Of a stretch of 64,000 nt of DNA, positions 45,044 through 55,283 are shown one piece after another. The stretch spans positions 161,032 through 225,031 of the forward strand of contig CAURNW010000007.1 of NCBI GenBank assembly GCA_963526305.1, given 5' to 3'. A program made the position numbers and the translations under genes. A model generated the notes under the pieces. That model saw nothing but the letters and a program-made list of their open reading frames with translations. It was not told the DNA's origin and did not search any database. Positions within the stretch are counted from its first letter, which is position 1, and the number at the start of each line of letters is the position of its first letter. The DNA is from an uncultured Chryseobacterium sp. GTDB lineage: Bacteria > Bacteroidota > Bacteroidia > Flavobacteriales > Weeksellaceae.

Positions 45044-45982
45044 ATGCTAAAAGAACTTAAATTTTTCTGGGAAACCGTTAAAGAAACATTTGCAGAATGG
45101 AATAATTCATCTGCCTCCAATGATTCGGCGAGTTTGGCCTACTATGCTATATTTTCAATTCCCGGTCTTCTTATCATCATTATATGGCTGGCAGGGTATT
45201 TCTTCGGTGAAGATGCCATCCGTGGTCAGATCAGTAACCAGATCAGCGGTATGATGGGAACGGATGCAGCAAAAAGTGTTGAAGAAATGATCGCAGGTGC
45301 CCTCATCGACAGGGAAAATATTTTTATGAAAATTGTAGGAATCGGATCGCTTATTTTTGGTTCCACAACATTATTCTTTCAATTACAGAAATCTCTAAAC
45401 AACCTTTGGGATGTGGAAGCCGCCCCTAAAAAAGCTCTGGTGAAATTTCTCTTAGACCGTGCCAATTCTTTAGGAATGATTTTGATTCTGGGTTTTTTAC
45501 TGATGATTACCATGGTTTTATCAATAATCATCAGCTTACTCAACAATTTTATCACCGGATCTTTAGGTCTGGAAACCTATTACATCGTTGAAATAATTAA
45601 TTTCTCAGTAGGTTTTGCCATCACTGTTTTACTTTTTGCACTGATGTTTAAAGTGCTGCCTGATGTAGAAATCAGTTGGAGATCGGTATGGAAAGGAGCT
45701 TTACTGACCTCAACTCTTTTTACTTTAGGTAAATTTTTATTAAGCCTTTACTTCAGTGAATTTAAACCAACTTCAGCTTTCGGAACCGCAGGTACAATTA
45801 TTCTGGTTATGCTGTGGATCAATTATTCCTGCCTGATGATTTTTTTCGGAGCGGAATTCACAAAGGTATATACCTATAAGAGGGGATTGAGAATAACACC
45901 TTCAAAACATGCGAAATGGAGCAGTGCTAAACTGTACAAAGAAAGTCAGAAAAAAAACAATGATTCTCCAACTATAGTTTAA
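45044..45982 (+). CDS. YihY/BrkB-family membrane protein
   Basis: MLKELKFFWETVKETFAEWNNSSASNDSASLAYYAIFSIPGLL is the typical YihY N-terminus, with 6 TM helices. The ORF track starts at 44987 with a non-ATG codon. Confidence 0.85.
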   Translation: MLKELKFFWETVKETFAEWNNSSASNDSASLAYYAIFSIPGLLIIIIWLAGYFFGEDAIRGQISNQISGMMGTDAAKSVEEMIAGALIDRENIFMKIVGIGSLIFGSTTLFFQLQKSLNNLWDVEAAPKKALVKFLLDRANSLGMILILGFLLMITMVLSIIISLLNNFITGSLGLETYYIVEIINFSVGFAITVLLFALMFKVLPDVEISWRSVWKGALLTSTLFTLGKFLLSLYFSEFKPTSAFGTAGTIILVMLWINYSCLMIFFGAEFTKVYTYKRGLRITPSKHAKWSSAKLYKESQKKNNDSPTIV

Positions 45983-45984
45983 TC

Positions 45985-46021
45985 ATAAAAAAACCTCCTG
46001 AACATTCAGGAGGTTTACTTT
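45985..46021. terminator. Bidirectional terminator between yihY-like and argS
   Basis: aacctcctgaa-cat-tcaggaggtt stem flanked by A7 and a T-run. Confidence 0.7.
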
Positions 46022-47782
46022 TTACATTCTGTTTACAGTACTTATTCCAAGCAATGCAAGCGATTTCTGTATCGTTTTTGCCGTTAGATCAGAAACATTT
46101 AAACGGAACTGTTTTAGATTTTCATCTTCACTTTTTAAAATAGGATTGCTCTGGTAAAATGAATTATAAGACTTCACGAGATCATACAGATAATTAGCGA
46201 CCAGTGCAGGACTCAGAGATTCTGCAGCTTTCTGAACAACCGATTTATAATTAGATAAAAGCATGATCAATTCTATCTCGTTTTGATTATAACCGATGCT
46301 TTCAGTTTCTCTATATTCATAATTTGCTTTTGCTAACAGTGACTGGGTTCTTGCATAAGTATATAGAATGAAAGGACCTGTATTTCCATTAAAATCAATA
46401 CTTTCCGAAGGATTGAACAACATTTTTTTCTTAGGATCAACCTTCAGCATAAAATACTTCAGGGCAGCCTGTCCGATGATTTCATACGAAGCTGCTTTTT
46501 CTTCCTCCGAAAGACCTTCGAGTTTCCCCAGTTCTTCAGTTTTTGATTTTGCCGTTTCATACATTTCCTGCATCAGATCGTCTGCATCCACTACAGTTCC
46601 TTCACGCGACTTCATTTTGCCTTCCGGAAGTTCAACCATTCCATAAGAAAGATGGAACAATTGATCTGCCCATGAATATCCAAGCTTTGCCAGAACTTTA
46701 AATAACACCTGAAAGTGATAATCCTGTTCGTTGCCTACGGTATAAATTAATTTCTGAATATCATTCTCTTTAAAGCGTTCTACAGCTGTTCCCAGATCCT
46801 GTGTCATGTACACGGATGTTCCGTCTGAACGAAGCAGAAGCTTCTCATCCAAACCTTCGTCTGTGAGATCACACCATACGGAACCATCCTCCTTTTTATA
46901 CAGCACTCCCTTGTTCAGGCCTTCATGAATAAGATCTTTCCCTAAAATATAGGTATTGCTTTCATATTGAACCTGATCGAAGTCTACTCCAAGTCTACTG
47001 TACGTTTCATTGAAACCTTCATAAACCCATGAGTTCATTTCTTTCCAGAGATTTCTCACTTTTTCATCACCATTTTCCCAGTCAAGAAGCATTTTCTGAG
47101 CTTCTTTCATTAACGGAGCATCTTTTTTAGCCTGCTCTTCCGTACTTCCCTTTTCTACCAGTTCAGTGATTTCTTTTTTGTAGTTTTTATCAAATTCAAC
47201 ATAATAATTCCCTACAAATTTATCGCCTTTTATATGGTCTGTTGCAGGAGTTTCCCCCTTACCGAATTTCTCCCAGGCCAACATTGATTTACAGATATGA
47301 ATGCCTCTGTCATTGATAATCTGACTTTTGATTACTCCGTATCCTGCCTCTTTAAGAATCTGGGCAACAGAAAAACCTAACAGATTATTTCTGATATGTC
47401 CGAGGTGCAATGGTTTATTGGTGTTTGGTGAAGAATATTCCACCATTACCGTTTTATTTTTCTTTTCAATATCTGAAAATTGTTCAGTAACCGTTTTGAA
47501 CTGATCGACAAAAAACTGATTCTGAACTTTTACATTCAAAAATCCCTTAACAACGTTGAAGCTCTCAAGCAATTCTGTCTGCTCCGTCAGTGCCTGTCCC
47601 AGTTCAACCCCTATACTTTCCGGATTTTTCTTCAGCTGTTTCACCAGTGGAAAAGTAACGATGGTAAAATCACCTTCAAACTCAGTTTTATTTTCCTGAA
47701 TTTCGAGCTTTATATCTTTCAGCTGATAGACATTAAGGATTACCTCCGCCAGCTTTTGTTCTATGATATCTTTAATATTCAT
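46022..47782 (-). CDS. argS: Arginine--tRNA ligase
   Basis: 586 aa. SSPNTNKPLHLGHIRNN (HIGH region), the DALR anticodon-binding tail, and a C-terminal ..NRM. Confidence 0.97.
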   Translation of the reverse strand: MNIKDIIEQKLAEVILNVYQLKDIKLEIQENKTEFEGDFTIVTFPLVKQLKKNPESIGVELGQALTEQTELLESFNVVKGFLNVKVQNQFFVDQFKTVTEQFSDIEKKNKTVMVEYSSPNTNKPLHLGHIRNNLLGFSVAQILKEAGYGVIKSQIINDRGIHICKSMLAWEKFGKGETPATDHIKGDKFVGNYYVEFDKNYKKEITELVEKGSTEEQAKKDAPLMKEAQKMLLDWENGDEKVRNLWKEMNSWVYEGFNETYSRLGVDFDQVQYESNTYILGKDLIHEGLNKGVLYKKEDGSVWCDLTDEGLDEKLLLRSDGTSVYMTQDLGTAVERFKENDIQKLIYTVGNEQDYHFQVLFKVLAKLGYSWADQLFHLSYGMVELPEGKMKSREGTVVDADDLMQEMYETAKSKTEELGKLEGLSEEEKAASYEIIGQAALKYFMLKVDPKKKMLFNPSESIDFNGNTGPFILYTYARTQSLLAKANYEYRETESIGYNQNEIELIMLLSNYKSVVQKAAESLSPALVANYLYDLVKSYNSFYQSNPILKSEDENLKQFRLNVSDLTAKTIQKSLALLGISTVNRM

Positions 47783-47822
47783 TATTCTAATTTGAGATAC
47801 AAATATACGGAAATAAAAAAAC

Positions 47823-47848
47823 CGCCCGAAGGCGGTTTAATTGTATTA
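47823..47848 (-). terminator. Rho-independent terminator after the susD-like gene
   Basis: On the minus strand: aaaccgcc-ttcg-ggcggttt followed by T7. Confidence 0.7.
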
Positions 47849-47862
47849 AAACTATTTTATGT

Positions 47863-49311
47863 TTAATTCTTATCCCAGAAAATCTTTGTTGTTAACAAAT
47901 CTCCCCCGATCGCTGAAGATGCTGCAGAAACATTTGCACTGTTTGTCTGATATTCAATTACAGGATAACTCATACGTACAGGAACACTGGAAATGGTAGC
48001 TGCACTTGCTGGCTGCAGAACCGGATAATCTAATCTTCTCCAGAAATTCCATGAAGTTAACGGTTGATTATACATTGCAACCCATGCCTGCTGCCCTACA
48101 GACTGCTTCCAGTTTGCTGCATTGTAGGGATGCGCTGCGATATATGCAGCGGCATCTGATTCAACTCCCCATTCAGCAAATGATGAGGTGACAGCATTGG
48201 TATAATTGGTTGCAGCAGAACCTCCAATCCCCCATCGGGCACTGGCTTCGGTTAAATAAAAAGCAACTTCGGTATAGTTTAAAATAATCCCGGGTGTTGT
48301 TGGTGAATATGCAAAATCACCAGGTGCTGAAAACTGTGAAAAAGAGGCACCGGTTCCAATGATCTGTCCTATGTAATTTCCGGAAGTTCCAACTGTTTGG
48401 TAATATTTTGAAATTCTTGCATCATTGTTACTGTTCATGTAATCAACCAGCGTTTTACCGCCCACAAAATCATTTCTGTTACTAGCTACTACGTTATCAA
48501 AAATCGGATTCCTGTTTGGAGATGCTGACAAATACTGAAGTTTACAGTTTTCTGCAGACGATGCAATTACTCCACTATTAATAGCAGCTGCAACTGTCTG
48601 CTGCGCTAATGTCGGATTAGAATCTGCAATAGCAATTCCTAATTTAAGCATAAGCGAATTACCAAACTTCTTCCATGAATTAAGATTTCCTCCATAAAAC
48701 AGATCAGCTTTTGAAAAAACATCTGAATTTGAATCTACTCCTACACTCGTATCAATACTGGTAATATCAGCCTGCAGTCGTGTTATTAAATTAGCATAAA
48801 CAGTTGCTCCGTCATCATAAACAGGAGAATTGATTGTGGACAGTTGATTTGATTGTGTATATGGTACATTACCAAACGTATCTACCAGACTTTGGTAAGT
48901 ATATACCTGCATCATGTCGATAATTGCCAACTGATTTTGTCTGATTTTTGGCCAAGCTGATGCTTCTGCAGGAATGGGAATATAATCATTTATCAATTCT
49001 TTTGATTTCACTAAACTGTTAAGAACATTTACATAGGTATTCAGAAAAATCTGATTAGAAACATTCCTATTGGTGAAATTATAATTGCTTTCTTCAACAT
49101 ACGTTGTTTCCTGCCAATACTGCATTGTTAATCTGAAATTATTTTCATTTACACTACAAGTATTAACATAATCACTTAATTCTTTCTGTGCATTGGTGAC
49201 TAATGTTGATGGAATAGTTGTGTAAGCTGAGTGAGAATCTGTATTTATATCATCTGTTGAACAGCTGATAAACTGCATTCCTATAAATATAGATATTATA
49301 ATTTTTTTCAT
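47863..49311 (-). CDS. SusD/RagB-family nutrient-binding outer-membrane lipoprotein
   Basis: 482 aa. Lipobox (QFISC|ST). Lies immediately downstream of a SusC-type receptor. TPR-like composition typical of SusD-like_2. Confidence 0.85.
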   Translation of the reverse strand: MKKIIISIFIGMQFISCSTDDINTDSHSAYTTIPSTLVTNAQKELSDYVNTCSVNENNFRLTMQYWQETTYVEESNYNFTNRNVSNQIFLNTYVNVLNSLVKSKELINDYIPIPAEASAWPKIRQNQLAIIDMMQVYTYQSLVDTFGNVPYTQSNQLSTINSPVYDDGATVYANLITRLQADITSIDTSVGVDSNSDVFSKADLFYGGNLNSWKKFGNSLMLKLGIAIADSNPTLAQQTVAAAINSGVIASSAENCKLQYLSASPNRNPIFDNVVASNRNDFVGGKTLVDYMNSNNDARISKYYQTVGTSGNYIGQIIGTGASFSQFSAPGDFAYSPTTPGIILNYTEVAFYLTEASARWGIGGSAATNYTNAVTSSFAEWGVESDAAAYIAAHPYNAANWKQSVGQQAWVAMYNQPLTSWNFWRRLDYPVLQPASAATISSVPVRMSYPVIEYQTNSANVSAASSAIGGDLLTTKIFWDKN

Positions 49312-49321
49312 TTTTACTTTT

Positions 49322-52300
49322 TTAAAAATTAACTTTTACATTGAATGAGAAATTTCTGGTCGTAGGCATAACTCCTGATTGATACCCCTGTAAATTTCCT
49401 GAAGACAGACCTGCTTCCGGATCTGCATAGGGTAGATTTTTATGGATGATCCAAAGGTTACTTCCAATAACACTAAACGACATGCCTTGTATAAATTTGG
49501 AGCCTAAAGCTTCCTTTGAGATTTTGTATGTAATTGATGCTTCTCTAAGTTTCACATAACTGGCATCGTAAACAAATGCAGCTGAAGGTGGATCAGTATT
49601 CAATACCTGACTTGACTGAGATTTATCTAATCTTACATTATTTTGCGAGTAACTTCCGTCAGCATTTTGTATTACTCCCTGCTGTATAATTCCTCCTCCA
49701 TTTTCTAAAGTATTTCTTATCGGATTTCCCAAGTCATTAAATCCTACAGAATTAGCATATATACCTGTTCCATAACCATAAGATTGATCTAAAGAAAAGA
49801 CTTTGCCTCCATGCTTCATATCAACTAAGAAACTCAGAGATAGGTTTTTATAGTTTATCGTATTTCTAATACCTCCAAACCAATCAGCCTGGTAACTACC
49901 GAGATTATTATTAGTGCTTGTTGTTTTTAAATATGCTCCTGTATTGGAATCAATCACTTTTTGTCCGTCAGGTGCATAGATGTAATCAGATCCATAGATT
50001 GTCCCATACAAACTTCCGAGTGGAGCGTTAAGGGTAACGCCTCCTTGCGAACCGTTAGATTGCAAAGCTAAATTATTTACCCCATCTTTCAATGCCGTAA
50101 CCGTAGTTTTAGGATTAGACCAGTTTGCAGTTAGATTCCATGAAAAACTTTCAGATTTTATCGGAACTAACTTTAATGAAAGTTCAAACGCCTCAGTTCT
50201 TAAATTTCCGATATTCTGCTTTTGCAATGTAGAACCTGTAGAATAAGCTACACTAACATTTGATATCAAATTTTCTGAATTATTTCTATACCAAGAAGCA
50301 TCCAAACCGATTCTATTTTTTAGAAAAGAAGTTTCCAGACCAAATTCCATACTCTTTAATTTTTCAGCTACCAGATCCGGGTTTTTTGCTATTGCATTAA
50401 AAGAATAAATAGGAAGGACTCCATATGGAGCTGCAGCTAAATAAGTATCTATCAATTGATTCGCATCTGTATCATTTCCTACAATTGAATAATTGGCTCT
50501 TATCTTACCAAAACTCATCCATGGAGCTTTTATTAAATTTGAGAAAACAATACTTCCGGAAACCGAAGGGTACCAATAGACATCATTACCTTTTGCTAAC
50601 GCAGTCGTCTGATCTCTACGTACTGTACCCTCTAAATAATAGGTACTCTTATATCCCAAACTTGCCTGAGCAAAAACTCCTACGACTTGTTTACTTGTAT
50701 CGCTGGTCTGCGATAAAGGTCTGCTTACAGAATTAGAAATATCAAAATAATTAGGCACACTTAAACCACCCACCGTCGAATGCTGATCAGAATAGGCAGA
50801 ATTATATCTTATATTAGTCCCCAAAACTGCATTCAAATTCAAATCTTCAGTCAGGTCTTTTTTATAGGTACCTATAAAATCATAGTTTCTTTCAGCAAAT
50901 CTGTAATTACCTAACGCATAACCCGAAGGTTGAGAATCATTTATGTTTAACCCAAAAATATTTGGAACAGAGCCATTCGCTTTTCTTTCTTCTGTGGTCA
51001 TACTGTAACTGTCGTTACTTAATCTTACCAAAAAGTTTAGGTCATTGCTTACGTCATAACTTAATGCAACATTTCCATTAAATCGCTCTCTTGTATCATT
51101 CTGATAATTCTGATAACGCTGAAAATAAATATTGTCCCAATACTGTGGTGTAAGAGTTTTTGGCGTAATATTACCTGCATCATCAAGTCCTGTGATATTC
51201 CATGAATAATTCTGATGGGCAATTTCATACAGGTCCTGTTGTTGCTTCAAATCAATATTCGTTGGCCACCATTGTCTAAAGCCCGCCATTAAATTGCCGT
51301 TATATCCGGTATCATTTCTACCTCTTGTATTCTGGGTAATATAATTGGCATATAAAGATGCAGTTAATTTCTCCGTAACTTTATAGGTCATATTACCCCC
51401 AAAGTTATTTTTTGTCAAAGAACTGTTTGGCATAATATCCGTTGCATCCAGATTACTGTAACTCAATCTGTATGTAGCAACATCATTTCCTCCGTTTAAA
51501 GAGACACTGTTGGTAAAATTTGTTCCGTTCTGGAAAAATGAAAGTGGTCCATTTTTAGCCATGACCCAAGGAGTAGCCTGTCCAAAATTAGAAGCACCTG
51601 GTGTCAAAGCTCCATATTGATAGACCATTAAGTTGGGGTCATATCTTGGACCATAAGAGGCATCATCTCCGAAATTTGCAGTTAGTCCACCATTATAAGA
51701 TCCGTAACCATTAAAGTTATCACCATAGTATCCCTGTCCGTATTCAGTCTGATATTCTGGAAAAGTCTTTTTGTCGATAGAAGAAATTGTAACTGAACTC
51801 GAAAATTCCAAACCAATTCCTTTCTGATTCTTTTTTCCCTTTTTTGTTGTGATAATAATAGCACCATTTGCAGCACGGGAACCATATAATGCTGCGGCAG
51901 TAGCTCCTTTCAAAACGTTAATTGTTTCTACATCGTTAGGATTTATATCTGATGCAGCATTACCATAATCAACGCCGTAACGTCCTGTATTTTGGCTTGA
52001 AGAATTTATATTATTATTGATTATTGGAACTCCGTCGACAACGAATAACGGTTGATTCGTTCCTGAAAAGGATTTAAATCCTCTTAACACTACGTTAATA
52101 GATCCTCCAAAGTTTGTACTCTGTTTAATATCCATACCTGCAACCTGCCCGGATAGGTTGTTTAAAAAGTTAGGAGTAGGGTTTTTATTAACATCTTCCC
52201 CTTTAACTTCCTGAGTAGCATAACCTAAAGATTTTTTTTCTCTTTTAATTCCGAATGCAGTCATAACTACACCTTCGATTTCTTGTGTTTTTAAGGTGTC

Positions 52301-52384
52301 GCTCGGTTTTGTTTGTTGTGCATTAGCAACGACAAAAGACGAGGATAATACTACAAGTAGTACACCTGCTGTTAATTTCTTCAT
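49322..52384 (-). CDS. SusC/RagA-family TonB-linked outer-membrane receptor
   Basis: 1020 aa. Signal peptide, plug-region motifs (INVLKGATAAALYGSRAANGAIIITTKKG) and a C-terminal barrel ending ..NVKVNF. Confidence 0.93.
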   Translation of the reverse strand: MKKLTAGVLLVVLSSSFVVANAQQTKPSDTLKTQEIEGVVMTAFGIKREKKSLGYATQEVKGEDVNKNPTPNFLNNLSGQVAGMDIKQSTNFGGSINVVLRGFKSFSGTNQPLFVVDGVPIINNNINSSSQNTGRYGVDYGNAASDINPNDVETINVLKGATAAALYGSRAANGAIIITTKKGKKNQKGIGLEFSSSVTISSIDKKTFPEYQTEYGQGYYGDNFNGYGSYNGGLTANFGDDASYGPRYDPNLMVYQYGALTPGASNFGQATPWVMAKNGPLSFFQNGTNFTNSVSLNGGNDVATYRLSYSNLDATDIMPNSSLTKNNFGGNMTYKVTEKLTASLYANYITQNTRGRNDTGYNGNLMAGFRQWWPTNIDLKQQQDLYEIAHQNYSWNITGLDDAGNITPKTLTPQYWDNIYFQRYQNYQNDTRERFNGNVALSYDVSNDLNFLVRLSNDSYSMTTEERKANGSVPNIFGLNINDSQPSGYALGNYRFAERNYDFIGTYKKDLTEDLNLNAVLGTNIRYNSAYSDQHSTVGGLSVPNYFDISNSVSRPLSQTSDTSKQVVGVFAQASLGYKSTYYLEGTVRRDQTTALAKGNDVYWYPSVSGSIVFSNLIKAPWMSFGKIRANYSIVGNDTDANQLIDTYLAAAPYGVLPIYSFNAIAKNPDLVAEKLKSMEFGLETSFLKNRIGLDASWYRNNSENLISNVSVAYSTGSTLQKQNIGNLRTEAFELSLKLVPIKSESFSWNLTANWSNPKTTVTALKDGVNNLALQSNGSQGGVTLNAPLGSLYGTIYGSDYIYAPDGQKVIDSNTGAYLKTTSTNNNLGSYQADWFGGIRNTINYKNLSLSFLVDMKHGGKVFSLDQSYGYGTGIYANSVGFNDLGNPIRNTLENGGGIIQQGVIQNADGSYSQNNVRLDKSQSSQVLNTDPPSAAFVYDASYVKLREASITYKISKEALGSKFIQGMSFSVIGSNLWIIHKNLPYADPEAGLSSGNLQGYQSGVMPTTRNFSFNVKVNF

Positions 52385-52519
52385 ATTAATACATTAATTT
52401 TGTGGCAACAAAGTTGTGAAACTTTTCCTTAAAAAACTGTTAAAAAGTGAAAAAATTGTTATTTAATTCATAACATTTTTATTTTTTATAAATTTACAGA
52501 TCTAAAATGTTAAAATTTT

Positions 52520-53104
52520 ATGGAATTATTAAAAAAATGGTCGAAAATTTACATTGAAGCAGGATGTGATGAAGTAGGTAGAGGATGTCTGTGCGGTCCG
52601 GTCGTAGCAGCAGCTGTCATTCTTGATGAAAAATTTGAACAGAATTTAGTAAATGACTCAAAAAAGTTAACTTTTAAAACCAGAATGGAACTTGATATTT
52701 ACATCAAAGATCATGTAAAAAGTTATGCTATTGCCGAACTTCCCCCTGCGTTTATTGACGAACATAATATCCTGAACGCCAGTATTCACGCAATGCATCG
52801 TGCATTAGATCTGCTGACAATAAGACCAGAATTGATTTTAGTAGATGGAAATAAGTTTCACCCCTATAATTTTATCCCTCATCAATGCATTATTAAAGGG
52901 GATTCAAAAATCTTGTCAATTGCAGCTGCATCAATTCTGGCAAAAAATTACAGAGACAGGTTGATGATTGAACTGCATAATGAACATCCTGAATATGGAT
53001 GGAACACAAACTTTGGATATGCCACAAAAAAGCATCAGGAAGCTCTTGTAAAGCATGGTCCAACAAAACATCACCGCCAGTCTTTCAGATTGAAATATGA
53101 CTAA
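52520..53104 (+). CDS. rnhB: Ribonuclease HII
   Basis: 194 aa. AGCDEVGRGCLCGPVVAAAV (DEVGRG active-site motif), DSKKL, and a C-terminal GPTKHHRQSF. Confidence 0.95.
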   Translation: MELLKKWSKIYIEAGCDEVGRGCLCGPVVAAAVILDEKFEQNLVNDSKKLTFKTRMELDIYIKDHVKSYAIAELPPAFIDEHNILNASIHAMHRALDLLTIRPELILVDGNKFHPYNFIPHQCIIKGDSKILSIAAASILAKNYRDRLMIELHNEHPEYGWNTNFGYATKKHQEALVKHGPTKHHRQSFRLKYD

Positions 53105-53216
53105 GTAAACTGGTGTGTGAATTATTATATTAAAAATTTCAACCGGTTAAATTTAAAATGATTCTAAATAAAAAAAGGAAAGCAGTAATTGCTTCCCTTT
53201 TATGTTATGTTATATT

Positions 53217-55037
53217 TTATTTCTTTTTACCTCTTGGCTCCTGGGTCTTCTGCTGTTCCTGAGCCTTTTCCATCATCTCTCTCATTCGCTTCTGAAATTT
53301 ACCTTCTGTTTTTGGTTTCTCCTTATTGGCCTGAATCTGTGCATGAATTTTCTTTTCATCAAGAATCACATATTTTATAACCAGAATGATCAGGATATTA
53401 ATCGCGTTTGAAACAAAATAGTACCATGACAGACCTGATGCTGAAGTATTCAGGAAGAATAAGAATGTGATCGGGAAAATATACATCAACACTTTCATAT
53501 TCGGCATTCCTTCCTGCTGTGGCTGCTGCATATTTCCTGAAGTCATTACAGTATAAATCAAAATAACAATGGTACATGCAATGGCAAAAACACTTAAATG
53601 ATCTCCCAAGAAAGGAATCTTAAATGGCAGTCTGATCAGATCATCATAAGCCGTAAGGTCTTTAGCAAACCAAAAGCCCTGACCTCTTAAGTCAATAAAG
53701 TTCGGGAAGAAACGGAACAAAGCATAGAAGATGGGAATCTGAACCAAAGCCGGTAAACATCCTGCCATCTGGTTAACGCCAGCTTTTCTGTAGATCTCCA
53801 TAGTAGCCTGTTGCTTTTTCATCGGATCTGCATCTTTGAATTTTGCGTTGGCTTCATCAATTTCCGGACGGATTACCTTCATCATTGCACTCAGTTTATG
53901 CTGCTTATACATAATAGGTGATAAGATCAATTTCACAATAATCGTCATTAAGAAAATAACCCATCCTGCCGATATTCCCCAGCTAGCAATAACACTGTAC
54001 AGCCACATAAAGAAATAACGGTTCATTGCGCCGATGAATGACCATCCTAATGGTAAAATTTCATCAAAGTTTTTATCGTAAGAATTCAACAGCTTTAAAT
54101 CTAACGGCATAAAATACCAGGTGAAATCCTGGTTCAGCTCACCTCCCTGCATCTGAACAAATCCTTCGAAATTGAGTTTTTTCAGATATTCTCCCTCTTC
54201 AATAGATTCCTGATTTCCTTTACTGTGTGTGAAACCGTTCTTTGCTTCAATTACAGAAGAGAAAAACTGCTGTTTTACACCAATCCAGTTAAGTGTCTCA
54301 TCAGGCTCTTCCATTGTAGTTCTTCCGTCATAATCATAGTCTTTATAATTATTGAATGCATACGAGAATTCAGAATGGGTCTGTTCCTGAGCCCTCCCCT
54401 TCTCAAGATTTCTTACACTGTAATTCCATAGAAAATCTGCTTTATTCTCAGAAGTCACATTGGCAAGCCCCTGAGTTCTGACTTTAAAATCCAAAGTATA
54501 CTGATCTTTCAATTCAGCAGTAGGATTATTGTTTATGGTATAAACAAACTGAATCGCTGCTCCGCTGTAATTGGCAGTTAAAGTAACGGCGTTTCCGTTA
54601 ACAACAGGTGTAAATACCAAATCTCTGGTATTTACAATTTTACCGGATTTATCCTTAAACTGAAATCCGTAGCTCGAATTATTTTTAGTAATCAGGTTGA
54701 GCGGAAGATCAGCCTTATCGGTTTTATGATCATATGCCTTATATTGTAAAAGCTCAACTTTAGAGACCTGCCCTCCTAAGCTTGAAAATTCAAGTTTCAG
54801 CTGTTTGTTTTCCAAATTTGAAACCTTAATAGCATTCGGAGTTACATTGGGATTGATATTGGCCGCCGGAGTTGGTTTTACGGGATTTTTTGCCTGTTCT
54901 GTTTTCTGTTGTTCAGCTTTCAGTTTTTCTTCTTCCTGTTGATTATTCTGAAAATAAAACATGAATCCGAAAAGGACTAAACATAAAACCGCAAAACTAA
55001 TGATCTGACTTTTATCGAGTCCGTTGTTCTGTTGCAT
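53217..55037 (-). CDS. yidC: Membrane protein insertase YidC
   Basis: 606 aa. N-terminal TM, large periplasmic domain, and a C-terminal 5-TM core with MKVIRPEIDE...GVNQMAGCLPALVQIPIFYALF. Confidence 0.95.
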   Translation of the reverse strand: MQQNNGLDKSQIISFAVLCLVLFGFMFYFQNNQQEEEKLKAEQQKTEQAKNPVKPTPAANINPNVTPNAIKVSNLENKQLKLEFSSLGGQVSKVELLQYKAYDHKTDKADLPLNLITKNNSSYGFQFKDKSGKIVNTRDLVFTPVVNGNAVTLTANYSGAAIQFVYTINNNPTAELKDQYTLDFKVRTQGLANVTSENKADFLWNYSVRNLEKGRAQEQTHSEFSYAFNNYKDYDYDGRTTMEEPDETLNWIGVKQQFFSSVIEAKNGFTHSKGNQESIEEGEYLKKLNFEGFVQMQGGELNQDFTWYFMPLDLKLLNSYDKNFDEILPLGWSFIGAMNRYFFMWLYSVIASWGISAGWVIFLMTIIVKLILSPIMYKQHKLSAMMKVIRPEIDEANAKFKDADPMKKQQATMEIYRKAGVNQMAGCLPALVQIPIFYALFRFFPNFIDLRGQGFWFAKDLTAYDDLIRLPFKIPFLGDHLSVFAIACTIVILIYTVMTSGNMQQPQQEGMPNMKVLMYIFPITFLFFLNTSASGLSWYYFVSNAINILIILVIKYVILDEKKIHAQIQANKEKPKTEGKFQKRMREMMEKAQEQQKTQEPRGKKK

Positions 55038-55283
55038 TTTATTTTTATTAAAATTTTAAATTTAAATAAGCATCGCTGTGCTATACTTTTAGAGTCGACA
55101 AAAATACTGTTTTTTTATCAAAAACTCTAAGCTATAATCTATTACTATATAATAAACTCAGACTGATAAAAATCAACCTGAGTTTAATTATTAGATATGA
55201 CGTCTGTAATTTTGCAATTACTTTAATTTTTTTCGTAGGATCATCAACTTGGACATCTTTTAGAATGCAACGCTCTATTGATC

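Noticed and set aside
53189-53411. Plus-strand ORFs 53189..53380 and 53202..53411
   Set aside because: They overlap the 3' end of yidC on the opposite strand. These are hydrophobic shadow frames of the Lys/Glu-rich YidC tail.
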